A DNA stretch of 64,000 nt, from IMG/VR virus record IMGVR_UViG_3300050016_000171, positions 1 to 64,000 of that record. One strand, 5' to 3'. The position numbers and the translations under genes were made by a program. Below the pieces are notes generated by a model, which saw nothing but the letters and a program-made list of their open reading frames with translations, searched no databases and was not told the origin of the DNA. Of the stretch, positions 9,414 to 19,500 are shown piece after piece (the stretch's first letter is position 1; every line of letters begins with the position of its first letter). Source of the DNA: a virus.

Positions 9414-10065
9414 GAAGCAGAACTGGTCAATCAATGAGGAGTACAAAAACATTGACGACCCACTTCGCAGTACCGGCATGAACAATAGTACGACGAAAGA
9501 GTCCATTAAGCAATTACTCGCTGGCGGAACGCCAGACTGGGTTTCGCATCCTGAGGACTACAAGAATTTCGTCAAAGAATCGTTTGCCGCAGAAAAAGAG
9601 ATGTCGGATCAGCAAGTCGAAGGCTACAAGATGGATCATCAAGACCTGTTGACGGATGAGAAGCCACGCAAGGTTCACATCATCACAACTCGGGACTTCA
9701 TCAAAAAGCTGAGAGACAACGGGGTTCGCTGCTTCACGGTCGATAATGGTTTGGCCGGGACGGTGGGGCTCTGGGCAGCGCGTGGCACCCAAATGGTCTA
9801 CGTCTGCTACTTGCAAATTCCGTGTATGTACGAATGGTCTGTCCTCAGGCTGGACGCCCACAACCTACCCAATGGTGAACGATTTCGGGGTTGGCGTACT
9901 GTACTGATGCAACTGATCGTCAAGAACATCATGAGTGAAGAGAAGGTCCACAAGATTTTCGGTAAGCCGACTGGCGGAATTGTCAGCAGCATTTACCGGA
10001 AGACGCTGTGGTCCCGTCGCAACAAGAAGAGAGTAGCAGAACCATCCGCCGACCTGACAACCTAG
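9388..10065 (+). CDS. hypothetical phage protein
   Basis: 225-aa ORF colinear with the structural operon. Confidence 0.7.
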   Translation: MAIQLAGGKKQNWSINEEYKNIDDPLRSTGMNNSTTKESIKQLLAGGTPDWVSHPEDYKNFVKESFAAEKEMSDQQVEGYKMDHQDLLTDEKPRKVHIITTRDFIKKLRDNGVRCFTVDNGLAGTVGLWAARGTQMVYVCYLQIPCMYEWSVLRLDAHNLPNGERFRGWRTVLMQLIVKNIMSEEKVHKIFGKPTGGIVSSIYRKTLWSRRNKKRVAEPSADLTT

Positions 10066-10118
10066 TCAGGAACCGGATTACACACACTGGTGCAGTATAA
10101 GACAGTGTTGGAGTCGAA

Positions 10119-10670
10119 ATGGCAAACAAAGCAGAAAAGGACGAGGCAGTAAAGGCAGCAACGGCAGATTCAGTGCCAGCAAAGATTACAGAAGAGCAAC
10201 AGCGTGACTTGCTGTTCCGCAGTCTTCTGCGTCGTGAAGAAGCAGCCGCGAAAGCGGAAACCGCGCAAGCGGAAGCAGGCATCGCCCGCCAGAAACAGCG
10301 CGCGATCAACACGCTGAACCGCAACAACAAGCTGTTTGCAAAGCAGTCGCGTTGCACCCACTTGAAGGGCGGCAGAGTTAAGTCGAAGACGGGGATCAAG
10401 GATTACGCCCTGTTCTATCACACATACATCGATCAGACCCAGAAGATCGGTTGCTTCATTTGCAAGATGCGTTGGACACCGCAAGACACGATAGAGTATC
10501 TTGTCCGCAACGGTCGAAAGAAACGGAATCACACGCGAATCGGTTGGATGGAAGCATTGGAACTGTTCGCGCAGTCGAGCAACACGCCTAGCCAGTCAGA
10601 AATTCCCCACAAGCCTATTGAGTTCAAGAGCGCCGAGGGAGAGGACATGGGAGAGGCGACACCAGAGTAA
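10119..10670 (+). CDS. hypothetical protein with CxH/CxxC motifs
   Basis: GGAG RBS; CTHLKGG and CFIC motifs. Confidence 0.7.
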   Translation: MANKAEKDEAVKAATADSVPAKITEEQQRDLLFRSLLRREEAAAKAETAQAEAGIARQKQRAINTLNRNNKLFAKQSRCTHLKGGRVKSKTGIKDYALFYHTYIDQTQKIGCFICKMRWTPQDTIEYLVRNGRKKRNHTRIGWMEALELFAQSSNTPSQSEIPHKPIEFKSAEGEDMGEATPE

Positions 10671-10684
10671 GCGCGACACATATA

Positions 10685-10711
10685 GAGGCGGTGGGTTACT
10701 CCTACCGCCTC
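10685..10711 (+). terminator. GC-rich hairpin, possible terminator
   Basis: GAGGCGGTGGG-ttact-CCTACCGCCTC just after the stop codon; U-tract is weak. Confidence 0.5.
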
Positions 10712-10730
10712 GAAACTTTAAGGGGATGAC

Positions 10731-12203
10731 ATGGGACAGACACCGAATGTAGGCTTGTGGACGCGTGGTCCGATGAACGGCGGGTCCGGCCCGTCTACGC
10801 CCACCTTCGAATGGGACTTTGATTACAACATGAACGCCCTCGACGCTGCCATAGGCGCGTTACAGAAGGGCGGCGGCGGAAGCAGCCAGCCTTGGGTCAT
10901 CCAGCCCGTACTCAGTGCGGCACGCACAGTCACGGATGGCGTTCTCAACTCCACCACCCTAATCACCTCCGCAACAGCTAAGTTCACGCAGGCGGATGTT
11001 GGCGCATGTATTTTCTTGCTTGGGGCGAGTGTTGGCTTGATCCCAGTTGTCGGAGGAATACAGCCCACGATCATCAGTGTTCAAAATTCTACCACCGCAA
11101 CTATTTCGGCAGTACCGGGTGGCGGCGCTGTATTGGGCGTCACTTTCGTTATTGGGCAGGATAACTCTGCGGCGCTGAACGCGGCGATGGTGAAGGCCGT
11201 AGCGGCTTCCGGCGTGCTACTTGTTCCGGCAGGCCAGTTCATTATCAATCAACTCAATTTGTTTGGAGCGGCGACAACCAATGCCACAGGTGCCTTCGCG
11301 GTTAAGGGCGCGGGCTACGGGCAGAGTCAATTGCTGCCATCTCCGTATTTAGCACCAACTCCGACTGCACCAATCGTTCAGTTCTCGTCTGGCACGATGA
11401 CGTGGGACGGGTTGGACATGAACTGGATGCGGATAAGCGCCTATCAAACAGGGTCGTATCCGTATCAGGGCGGGGGCTCCGGCATTTCATTTAACGGCGC
11501 TGCCCGAGTACAAAATTGTCAGTTCGTGGGTTGGTCGGCCCCGAACGCGGTTACTTTTGAATGCGATTCGGACGACCTCAACATACAAGATGTCGATGTG
11601 TGGCTTAACCAGAACACAGCCTCTGTGATCCACAGTCTGAATTTTCGAGCCAACAATTGCTATTTTCAGGGCAACTATGGCATGGTCATTGGGGACTTGA
11701 GTTGGGGCAAAGTCACAAACTGTACGATTCGCGGAAACGCGGCCGGCCTCATGCTCACAGGATTCTCGGGCGGCGGGACCGACAACTATTTTGTAAATTG
11801 CCGTTTCTCGGGTCAGTGGAACATCTATAATCCGGCTACGGGCGGAATCGTTTGCGCGTCCTTTATTGGCTGTTCTTTTACTGCCGATGCAGCGACGCCG
11901 GGTTTTACTCCTGCATTTGCAAACAGCGGCGGTCTGAAAACTCTCGGAACCGGAGGCACGTATAACTTCACGAACTGCCGATTTGGATGCGCCGGGACTT
12001 ACGACGCAATCGATAACTTGAGTGGAAACACGGTCGTCTTACAAGGATGTCAATTCGTCAACTACACGACTCCGGTCAACTACAAGTGGACCGGAAAATC
12101 GATTGTTAACCCTCTCGGCGCCACATTGTTCGATGGCGGCGGGAACCATAATTTGCTTTCGAATATGACCCAGAACGGGACGCTTGTCACTGGATCGAAT
12201 TAA
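10731..12203 (+). CDS. tail spike-like right-handed beta-helix (pectate-lyase-like) protein
   Basis: GQDNSAALNAAM...LLVPAGQF entry motif followed by repeated NCxF beta-helix rungs. Confidence 0.7.
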   Translation: MGQTPNVGLWTRGPMNGGSGPSTPTFEWDFDYNMNALDAAIGALQKGGGGSSQPWVIQPVLSAARTVTDGVLNSTTLITSATAKFTQADVGACIFLLGASVGLIPVVGGIQPTIISVQNSTTATISAVPGGGAVLGVTFVIGQDNSAALNAAMVKAVAASGVLLVPAGQFIINQLNLFGAATTNATGAFAVKGAGYGQSQLLPSPYLAPTPTAPIVQFSSGTMTWDGLDMNWMRISAYQTGSYPYQGGGSGISFNGAARVQNCQFVGWSAPNAVTFECDSDDLNIQDVDVWLNQNTASVIHSLNFRANNCYFQGNYGMVIGDLSWGKVTNCTIRGNAAGLMLTGFSGGGTDNYFVNCRFSGQWNIYNPATGGIVCASFIGCSFTADAATPGFTPAFANSGGLKTLGTGGTYNFTNCRFGCAGTYDAIDNLSGNTVVLQGCQFVNYTTPVNYKWTGKSIVNPLGATLFDGGGNHNLLSNMTQNGTLVTGSN

Positions 12204-12293
12204 TGCTCTCAACCTTCCTGCATCAAACCCAACAGAACAAAATTTCCTGCAAGCTTAACCCCAGCTGCGGAAATTTTGTATTGGTGAGCTAAC

Positions 12294-13346
12294 ATGCCTA
12301 CGGCCATTAATCTTTTGTCGAACGTGGGAGTTGCGGTTTTGGCGGGCTCCACAATCGTCAACACAGGTAACACGGTTCTCAATGGTGATTTGGATTTAAG
12401 TCCGGGCAGTGTCGTATCGGGTTTTCCTCCCGGCATCGTGACCGGCGCACAGCACGTTGACGATCCGACCGCTGTTCAGTCTCAACTTGATCGGACGACT
12501 GCGTACAACCAAGCAGCCGCCGCTTCGCCTGCCACCCCTATAGCGTCCGCTTTGGACGCTGTGACTCTCAACGCAGGTATATACTCAGCGGGTACGTTCT
12601 CGCTCGCGGGTGGCACTCTCACGCTGGACGCGCAGGGCAACGCAAACGCCGTCTGGATCTTCCAGATGTCAACTACGCTCATCACCGCGGCGGGCTCGAC
12701 CGTTCGAATTATCAACGGGGGTTCGGCACTGAATGTTTTCTGGCAAGTGGGCAGTTCGGCGACAATAGGCGCCAACAACACTTTTCTGGGGGCAATTCTC
12801 GCAGCGGCTTCGATTACACTGACCCCAAGCGGCACCACGGTTACAGGTCATTTGCTTGCCTCCGCTGAAGTCTCCCTTGGCGACGCTGAAGTTATCTTGC
12901 CCGCAGCAACAACGTATTTGATTTCAGGCAACGCGGGTCACGCGGGCGTGACCGTCAATTTGACGGGGGCGGCGACGGGAACCACCACGTCAGACATTTT
13001 GGGCAACTATCAGTTCACGGAACTCGTCAACGGAACTTATACCGTCACACCGGTTCTTTTGGGGTATGCGTTCGTCCCCGTTAACCGTTCGCCAGTCATC
13101 AATGGCGCGAACCAGACGGGCGCGAATTTCGTAGCGACTCTCTTGGCGTACAGCGTCCCCGATGACAGGGATTATTCTGTGTTCCCCAATACCGCTATCG
13201 ATGTTCAGGGCACGGAGACTTATGTGGTCCCTACCCATCCGAGCCGTACAGAGCCCGTTGACAGTCGAGAGAATAAACCTGTTGACAGTCGTAAGTCACC
13301 AAATATCCCGGAGAATTCGAGAACGAATCCTCCCTTCGAGAGTTAA
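12294..13346 (+). CDS. DUF3494 (IBP-1) ice-binding-domain protein with Ig-like domain
   Basis: [61 protein letters not shown]; then GNYQFTELVNGTYTVTP; no signal peptide. Confidence 0.9.
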   Translation: MPTAINLLSNVGVAVLAGSTIVNTGNTVLNGDLDLSPGSVVSGFPPGIVTGAQHVDDPTAVQSQLDRTTAYNQAAAASPATPIASALDAVTLNAGIYSAGTFSLAGGTLTLDAQGNANAVWIFQMSTTLITAAGSTVRIINGGSALNVFWQVGSSATIGANNTFLGAILAAASITLTPSGTTVTGHLLASAEVSLGDAEVILPAATTYLISGNAGHAGVTVNLTGAATGTTTSDILGNYQFTELVNGTYTVTPVLLGYAFVPVNRSPVINGANQTGANFVATLLAYSVPDDRDYSVFPNTAIDVQGTETYVVPTHPSRTEPVDSRENKPVDSRKSPNIPENSRTNPPFES

Positions 13347-13592
13347 ATGATAAACGTTTCTCTTGTTATCTCCATCGTGAGTTTGGCGGCTTCTGCGTAT
13401 GCGGTGTTTCGCGCGCCCCGCCACGTCACGACGACCCAACAGATCACGACAACCCACGAGACGACCCATACAGTGGCCCTCCCCGCTCCCGCAGTTTCGG
13501 GAAACGCGGTATGCTCCAAGTGCAACAGGGCGGTGGCGCGGTTCGAAGTTCAGGCCGACGCATCTGTGGTTTGCGCAAATTGTAAAAGGTAG
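13347..13592 (+). CDS. small membrane-anchored zinc-ribbon protein
   Basis: N-terminal TM segment; CSKC and CANC motifs. Confidence 0.6.
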   Translation: MINVSLVISIVSLAASAYAVFRAPRHVTTTQQITTTHETTHTVALPAPAVSGNAVCSKCNRAVARFEVQADASVVCANCKR

Positions 13593-13597
13593 GATTC

Positions 13598-15277
13598 ATG
13601 ACCGGACCATTAAATAGTTCGAAACCCACAACCAGCATAATCACTGGCGGCGTCTACAATGCTACGCTACCGGCCCCTCAGGATAAACAAGCCTGCGCAT
13701 TGCAGTTGGACTCCGCGGGAAACCTGAAGGTAAACGTTATCGTTGGTGGCGGTGGTGGTGGATCAAACGCCTCGGTGGGATTGAACGGCGTACTTGCACC
13801 CACGTCATCGACAGAAATTGGATTCATAGGTTCGGGTGGACTCGAAACTCCAGTCAGTGCAGCCAACCCACTGCCGATTACCGGAAGTATCAGCGCGACG
13901 AACCCCTCAGTCGGCGTGATTGGCGCAACTGCGCCCTCAGACGCCACGCTTCTCGGCGTCATTGATGCCAGCGGCAATTTGCAAGGCAACAGCGCGTCCA
14001 ATCCTGTTCGCACCGATCCCACGGGCACAACGATCCAGCCTGTGTCGGGTACGGTTGCCGTCTCCAACTTTCCGGCATCTCAGGTCGTCGCAGGAAACCT
14101 CACGAACAACAACGCGGTTCCCGGGGCCAACAATATTGGTGTGCTGTCTGCGGAGGCCGTGCCGTCCTACACAGCATTGACTTATAATTCTGGCGATATG
14201 GTTATGCCCGTCACCGATACTCACGGCGCGCTTAACGAAGACTTGCAGGCCGTCGCAGGCGTGGCTCTCGGCGCTACCGCAGTGGTGGCCTATGGCTCTA
14301 CGCCAGCCGCTGTGAACGTGCCCGGCGTGAATGCTTTTGTCACGAATTTTCCCGCTACTCAACCTATTTCGGGTACCGTCACTGCGTTACAGGGCACATC
14401 CCCATGGCTTGTGACTGGTTCGTTTTACCAGTCGGTGCAGCCGATTTCAGGCACGATTGCGATTTCAAACTTCCCGTCAGCCCAATCGGTTACGCAGGGA
14501 ACGTCGCCGTGGGTTGTGAGTGGAACGGTTTCTATTGCTTCTTTTCCTGCACTACAGAACGTTAATCTCACACAGTTGAATAGCGTTGCTTTGGGTTCGC
14601 CGTCCAACTATGGAACCTCGCCGGGCGCTGTTGCTGTGATCGGCGTGAATGCTTTTGTCACGAATCCCGTGGCTGTGACTGGGACTTTCTGGCAAGCTAC
14701 GCAACCTGTGTCGGGTACGATTGCGGCAACGCAATCAGGGACGTGGACTGTCGGTATTTCCGCTTCGCAGACTATCGCAGTTACGAATGCAGGGACATTC
14801 GCTGTGCAGGCCACCCTAGCGGCTGAAACCACAAAAGTCATCGGCACCGTCAATCAAGGCACGTCACCGTGGGTTGTCTCAGGCGCGGTTACAGTTGCCT
14901 CTACAACGATCACAGGCACAGTGGCGACAGTTGCCACACCGTCCACAACCGTGGGCGTGCTCAGCAACGTCCAACAGGCTCTGACGACTTCCATCAACAT
15001 TAAAGCCAGTGCGGGCAGCTTTTACGGATTTGATTGGTTCAACCCCAACGCGGTCACGGTTTACATTTTCATTTACAACACGGCGACTACGCCGGGGACG
15101 ATTGGCGCGACGACGGTCTTGATTTATCAGAAGGGACTTCCGGCAGGCGCAGGTTCGAACATCGAGTTCCCGATGGGGATTCCCTGTTCCGCGGGAATCG
15201 CAATCGCGGTGAGTACGTCTCCAACATCAGCAGCTGCTCCGTCAACAGGTCTGGTTCTCACGACCTTGTATGATTAA
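13598..15277 (+). CDS. fibre-like repeat virion protein
   Basis: Thr/Val/Gly-rich; NFPATQPISGT, QGTSPWVVSG and TGTFWQATQPVS repeats shared with 17183..19246. Confidence 0.65.
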   Translation: MTGPLNSSKPTTSIITGGVYNATLPAPQDKQACALQLDSAGNLKVNVIVGGGGGGSNASVGLNGVLAPTSSTEIGFIGSGGLETPVSAANPLPITGSISATNPSVGVIGATAPSDATLLGVIDASGNLQGNSASNPVRTDPTGTTIQPVSGTVAVSNFPASQVVAGNLTNNNAVPGANNIGVLSAEAVPSYTALTYNSGDMVMPVTDTHGALNEDLQAVAGVALGATAVVAYGSTPAAVNVPGVNAFVTNFPATQPISGTVTALQGTSPWLVTGSFYQSVQPISGTIAISNFPSAQSVTQGTSPWVVSGTVSIASFPALQNVNLTQLNSVALGSPSNYGTSPGAVAVIGVNAFVTNPVAVTGTFWQATQPVSGTIAATQSGTWTVGISASQTIAVTNAGTFAVQATLAAETTKVIGTVNQGTSPWVVSGAVTVASTTITGTVATVATPSTTVGVLSNVQQALTTSINIKASAGSFYGFDWFNPNAVTVYIFIYNTATTPGTIGATTVLIYQKGLPAGAGSNIEFPMGIPCSAGIAIAVSTSPTSAAAPSTGLVLTTLYD

Positions 15278-15288
15278 GGGGAACTGAG

Positions 15289-16062
15289 ATGGCGATTGCA
15301 GTCAACGGGTTGTACACCCCCAATTTCTTTTATAGTTTGGGGCCCGGGCCGGGCAATAACACCGCGACTACAGCCTCCTATAACCAAGCGGCGGGGAACC
15401 TGATTGTGGTTGCTGTTTCTTCTTATGGCAGCCCCAACGACGGCGCTCCGTGGACTGTTACGGACGCGGCGGGGAACACATACGTTGCTGGTACGCGGTT
15501 TGATCCGGGCATCAATCGTGCAGTGCAGTTTTTTTGGGCAAAGAATTGTCTTGGAAACGTCATAAACCAGATAACCGTAAACGCCACGCTTGCCTCCGGG
15601 GGTTTTGCTTTCTTTATATCCATCTGCGCGTGGGACATTTCTGGCGCTGCACTGGTTACCCCTAATTGCGGCGAAGCGATGGGATGGCAAGCTGCTCCCG
15701 TCACATCACCGATAGCAACAGGGGCTGGCGCAGGATCGTCGAATCTGACGACCACCAAGGCCAATGCTATTATTTTAGCATTCGGAACTCAGAATGATTA
15801 TGGCGCCCCTATCGGTACGCGCACGGCACAAACGAGTCCGGCGTATACTTTGGATGGTGTCGATTGGAGTGCTTCCTACGATGCGCTGATTTATGAGCAT
15901 CTTGTTGTCGCAGCGATTCAATCGGGGGTGAGTGTCAATTTCAACACCACAGACACAGCTTCTTCGGGCATCATCGTGGTGGAGGCATTTGCATCAGCGA
16001 CACAACCGTCCGTGGGCGGTCCCATCGAACTGATGATGATGGGTTGTGGAGATCCGAGGTAA
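15289..16062 (+). CDS. beta-rich putative virion/tail protein
   Basis: GNLIVVAVS...VTDAAGNTY beta-sandwich-like pattern; lies in the tail module. Confidence 0.6.
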   Translation: MAIAVNGLYTPNFFYSLGPGPGNNTATTASYNQAAGNLIVVAVSSYGSPNDGAPWTVTDAAGNTYVAGTRFDPGINRAVQFFWAKNCLGNVINQITVNATLASGGFAFFISICAWDISGAALVTPNCGEAMGWQAAPVTSPIATGAGAGSSNLTTTKANAIILAFGTQNDYGAPIGTRTAQTSPAYTLDGVDWSASYDALIYEHLVVAAIQSGVSVNFNTTDTASSGIIVVEAFASATQPSVGGPIELMMMGCGDPR

Positions 16063-16086
16063 TTTTAGATTGAGGAGCAAGCAGCA

Positions 16087-17181
16087 ATGGCTATGACTGT
16101 TTTACCTTTTCTTCCCGTGCCATTTTTAATCGAAGGCGATGGGTCTGCCACATCCGTCAGCTATACGTTGACTTTCACCCCGACGGTTGTGGTTCTCGTC
16201 AGTGCTACGAAAGAGAACCCGCTGGGGGCAGTTTATGGCTCTGTCGATGTCTCCTCGAACATCTCTTCGATCATGCTTGCTGGGAATGTTATCACTTTCA
16301 ATTTTGTTGCGGCGTTCACTGGTAACATTGTAGTCGCGGTCGATTTCAACACGCCGTTGGGTGGTGGCGTCGGCGCGGGCACGGGACAACTGGTCAATCA
16401 GGGCGCGCAGGGCACCATCGCTGCTTCGTGGTTCACGGAACTTACGGACGGCGCATCAGTGCTTGGCGTATCGGCGAACCCACTGTACGTTCAAGGCGCC
16501 ATTTCAAATTTTCCTGCAACTTCTGTCTTCGTGGGCACTGTTCCGAGCACGGCACCAGCCAACACAGCTCTCGTAGGAAGCATTTACAATGCGACGGCTC
16601 CCGTAGCGGCTACGGGCAAAGTGATGCCGCTTCAGTCCAACAGTAACGGAGCCCTGTATGTTGAGGCTACGAGTCGTGAATACACCTATCGCGCGTGTCA
16701 GAGCGCGTTCACTCCGCTCGCCGACGTGGCGATCCCTTTTTTCGTCATTCAAGGTTCTGCGAGCGCGACAGTCAAGATTCGTCACATCAAAATCACCTGG
16801 GCCTGCACTACAGGAAACGCGGCGCCCAACGTGATTCGATTGCGTCGGTACACTGTGATCAGCGGCGGTACACCAGCAGCCATGACTCCGGTTCCTGACG
16901 ACACAACCAATCCGTCGGCAACGGCAGTCGTATCTCAATACACCGTGTTGCCCACAACAGGGACGCCGTACAACGCGGGTGCGACGAGTTCAGAGTATAT
17001 GCAGTGGATTACAAACGCGGCGGGGTTGGTTGGTCCCGTTGCCGTTCAGTGGGAGTTTGGGGTCAACGGCTGTCAGCCGATTGTGCTTCGGGGTACATCT
17101 GAGTTTGCTGGAATTGAAATTTCGGCGGTCGCAGCGGGTGGCCCTCTTATGACTGTGCGCGTATCATGGACAGAGGAATAA
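16087..17181 (+). CDS. putative tail/fibre protein
   Basis: N-terminus resembles that of 17183 (LIEGDGSAT vs LLQGDGAT); ISNFPAT motif. Confidence 0.6.
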   Translation: MAMTVLPFLPVPFLIEGDGSATSVSYTLTFTPTVVVLVSATKENPLGAVYGSVDVSSNISSIMLAGNVITFNFVAAFTGNIVVAVDFNTPLGGGVGAGTGQLVNQGAQGTIAASWFTELTDGASVLGVSANPLYVQGAISNFPATSVFVGTVPSTAPANTALVGSIYNATAPVAATGKVMPLQSNSNGALYVEATSREYTYRACQSAFTPLADVAIPFFVIQGSASATVKIRHIKITWACTTGNAAPNVIRLRRYTVISGGTPAAMTPVPDDTTNPSATAVVSQYTVLPTTGTPYNAGATSSEYMQWITNAAGLVGPVAVQWEFGVNGCQPIVLRGTSEFAGIEISAVAAGGPLMTVRVSWTEE

Positions 17182-17182
17182 A

Positions 17183-19246
17183 ATGGCAATTCGACAGGTA
17201 GTTCCGATCTCGATTCTTTTGCAAGGCGATGGTGCTACGGGCACTTTCGTTTTTTACTTGGGCGATGTTTATCAGATATCTTCGGGTTCGGCAGTGGATT
17301 ATGGTTCGCTGGGTGTTATCCCCACGGGCATCGAAATCCCCAATCCGCCCGCGCCACTAATAAGCGCCACGATAGATGCAGGCGGAAATATTACAATCAC
17401 GTTGGTCAGTCCGATTCCTGCGGGACAGATTTTGAATTTCGTATTGAACCTGCTGTTTAACAGTGGTGATTCAACCCCATTTCCTATACCATTTCCTATT
17501 ACAACTACTATGGTGGAGAACTTTCCAGCGACTCAGCCAGTTTCAATTGTCGCGCCTGTAGCGGTTACGCAATCTACTTCCCCTTGGGTTGTGACTGATG
17601 CCGCAGCCGAAGGATATCTCGCCACAATTGCGGGTGCTATCTCAGCGGGCAAGATAGCAGTCAGCGGAACGATTGCGGCAACGCAGTCTGGTGCGTGGAC
17701 TGTTACCGCTACGAACACCGGAACCTTCGCCGTTCAGGTCACTTCGGGAACGGTTACAACCACGCCTCCGCTCAACGCGACGACGAACATCACACTGTGG
17801 AACACCGTTGCTTTGGGCTCGCCGACCGCCTATGGAACGGCTCCGAGCGGAAACGTCATAGGCGTCAACGCTTTCGTCACAAACTTCCCCGCGACTCAGC
17901 CCGTGTCGATTGCGGCACCTGTAGCGGTAACTGGAACTTTTTGGCAGGCAACGCAACCCGTCAGCGGAACTTTCTGGCAGACAACGCAGCCTGTATCCGG
18001 CATCATCGCGGCGACACAATCAGGGGCTTGGTCCGTCGGCATCACGACATTGGGCCAGCAACTCGCGGCAGCGTCTGTTCCTGTTGTCTTGACAGCCGCC
18101 CAGATTGCGGCACTGACCCCGCTCTCCACGATTGCCGTTTCCAACTTTCCGGCATCTCAGGCCGTGACTGGTACGTTCTGGCAGGCTACACAGCCTGTCT
18201 CTATCGCCACCATGCCGTCCACTCCTGTGACTGGAGTTTTCTGGCAGACGACGCAGCCTGTGTCGGGAACCATTGCGGTTTCGAACTTTCCGGTATCTCA
18301 GGCGGTGACTGGTACATTCTGGCAGACTACTCAGCCGGTCTCTATCGCAACACTTCCTGCTTTGACTGCGGGCACGGCTGTCATCGGTCACGTCATTGTG
18401 GACTCGGCGCCGACCACGGCGGTCACAGGAACGTTCTGGCAGGCCACTCAACCAGTTTCCATTGCATCCATGCCGTCCACCCCTGTTACCGGAGTTTTCT
18501 GGCAGGCAACGCAGCCAGTAGATGGCGCGCTGACGAACAACAACGCTGCGCCTGCTGCGACGCTTCAGGGTGTGCTGGGCGCAATTGCCGAGACCGCTTA
18601 TGCGACAGTCACGTATACGACAGGCGATATGGTTCTGCCCGTCACTGATCTGCACGGCGCGCTCAACACTGATCTACAAGCCATCGGGGGTGTCGCTGTT
18701 GTTGCGGCAACGGCGGGCGTACAGAAAGTGGGTATCGTTGGAAGTGCTGGCACAGTGTTTGACGGCCCTATTACAGCTGCTGGTGCCCCGGCGAACGGTC
18801 TCGCGGTTTTGCACGTATACGAGTCCACTGCACCAGCGTTGACAACAGGTCAATCGGTGGCGGCGCAATGCGATTCTGCGGGCAGTCTGTTTGTCAAGCC
18901 GCTTCGGCGTAGTCAAACTGTCTCTAAAGCCACGACCATTATAACTACAGGAGCCACATCGATTCTGGCCGCGCAGGCGGCGGGTACTTTTGCCGACATA
19001 TCATCCTTGATTGTTTCGGCTGCGGATACCACTTCGCGCAGCCCATTCACTATCACGTTGTCGGATGGTACCAATTCTTATATTTATGACATGGATTCGA
19101 ACGCGTCTGCGGGGTGCCAATTCATGAATCTCGTATTTAACCCGCCGCTTCCCGCAACGTCTGCGGCGACCGCGTGGACGCTCAATTTGAGCGTAGCGAC
19201 GACCGTTCATGTCACAGTTATAGCGATTTTGCAGAAAGCTAGTTAG
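17183..19246 (+). CDS. fibre-like repeat virion protein
   Basis: Seven FWQ[AT]TQPV repeats plus blocks shared with 13598..15277. Confidence 0.65.
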   Translation: MAIRQVVPISILLQGDGATGTFVFYLGDVYQISSGSAVDYGSLGVIPTGIEIPNPPAPLISATIDAGGNITITLVSPIPAGQILNFVLNLLFNSGDSTPFPIPFPITTTMVENFPATQPVSIVAPVAVTQSTSPWVVTDAAAEGYLATIAGAISAGKIAVSGTIAATQSGAWTVTATNTGTFAVQVTSGTVTTTPPLNATTNITLWNTVALGSPTAYGTAPSGNVIGVNAFVTNFPATQPVSIAAPVAVTGTFWQATQPVSGTFWQTTQPVSGIIAATQSGAWSVGITTLGQQLAAASVPVVLTAAQIAALTPLSTIAVSNFPASQAVTGTFWQATQPVSIATMPSTPVTGVFWQTTQPVSGTIAVSNFPVSQAVTGTFWQTTQPVSIATLPALTAGTAVIGHVIVDSAPTTAVTGTFWQATQPVSIASMPSTPVTGVFWQATQPVDGALTNNNAAPAATLQGVLGAIAETAYATVTYTTGDMVLPVTDLHGALNTDLQAIGGVAVVAATAGVQKVGIVGSAGTVFDGPITAAGAPANGLAVLHVYESTAPALTTGQSVAAQCDSAGSLFVKPLRRSQTVSKATTIITTGATSILAAQAAGTFADISSLIVSAADTTSRSPFTITLSDGTNSYIYDMDSNASAGCQFMNLVFNPPLPATSAATAWTLNLSVATTVHVTVIAILQKAS
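17925..18520 (+). repeat. degenerate coding repeats (TG[TV]FWQ[AT]TQPV)
   Basis: Seven imperfect copies of the tt[ct]tggcag...cagcc/caacc motif inside the CDS. Confidence 0.8.
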
Positions 19247-19283
19247 CGGAAGAAGTAAAAATCGCAGTTCAGGAGGAAGTACA

Positions 19284-19490
19284 ATGGGCGTCACGAAACA
19301 AGCAGTACCAGAAAAGGCAGCATCGAAGTTGAATCCGCTTCAAGTTGTTGAATCAGAAATAGCCAACTTCATTACGCAACGCGATCAGACCGCGGCAAAC
19401 CTCAATGCGCTTAACGGCGCGATTCAGGCCTCTCAGCATATTTATGCGAAGTTGAAGGCAGAAGCGGAGAAGGTCGAAGAAGTCGAGTAG
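19284..19490 (+). CDS. small coiled-coil protein (possible fibre chaperone)
   Basis: AGGAGG RBS; ANLNALNGAIQ heptads; follows the fibre genes. Confidence 0.6.
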   Translation: MGVTKQAVPEKAASKLNPLQVVESEIANFITQRDQTAANLNALNGAIQASQHIYAKLKAEAEKVEEVE

Positions 19491-19500
19491 GTAAAGGGAA

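Noticed and set aside
17925-18520. Repeats resembling a CRISPR array or DGR template/variable repeats
   Set aside because: Copies vary mainly at synonymous positions inside a CDS and lack regular unique spacers; no cas or reverse transcriptase gene is in the window.
17695-18655. Long alternative-frame and antisense ORFs (also 31051-31842, 47713-48561, 61687-62547)
   Set aside because: They shadow well-supported genes, with no recognisable motifs.
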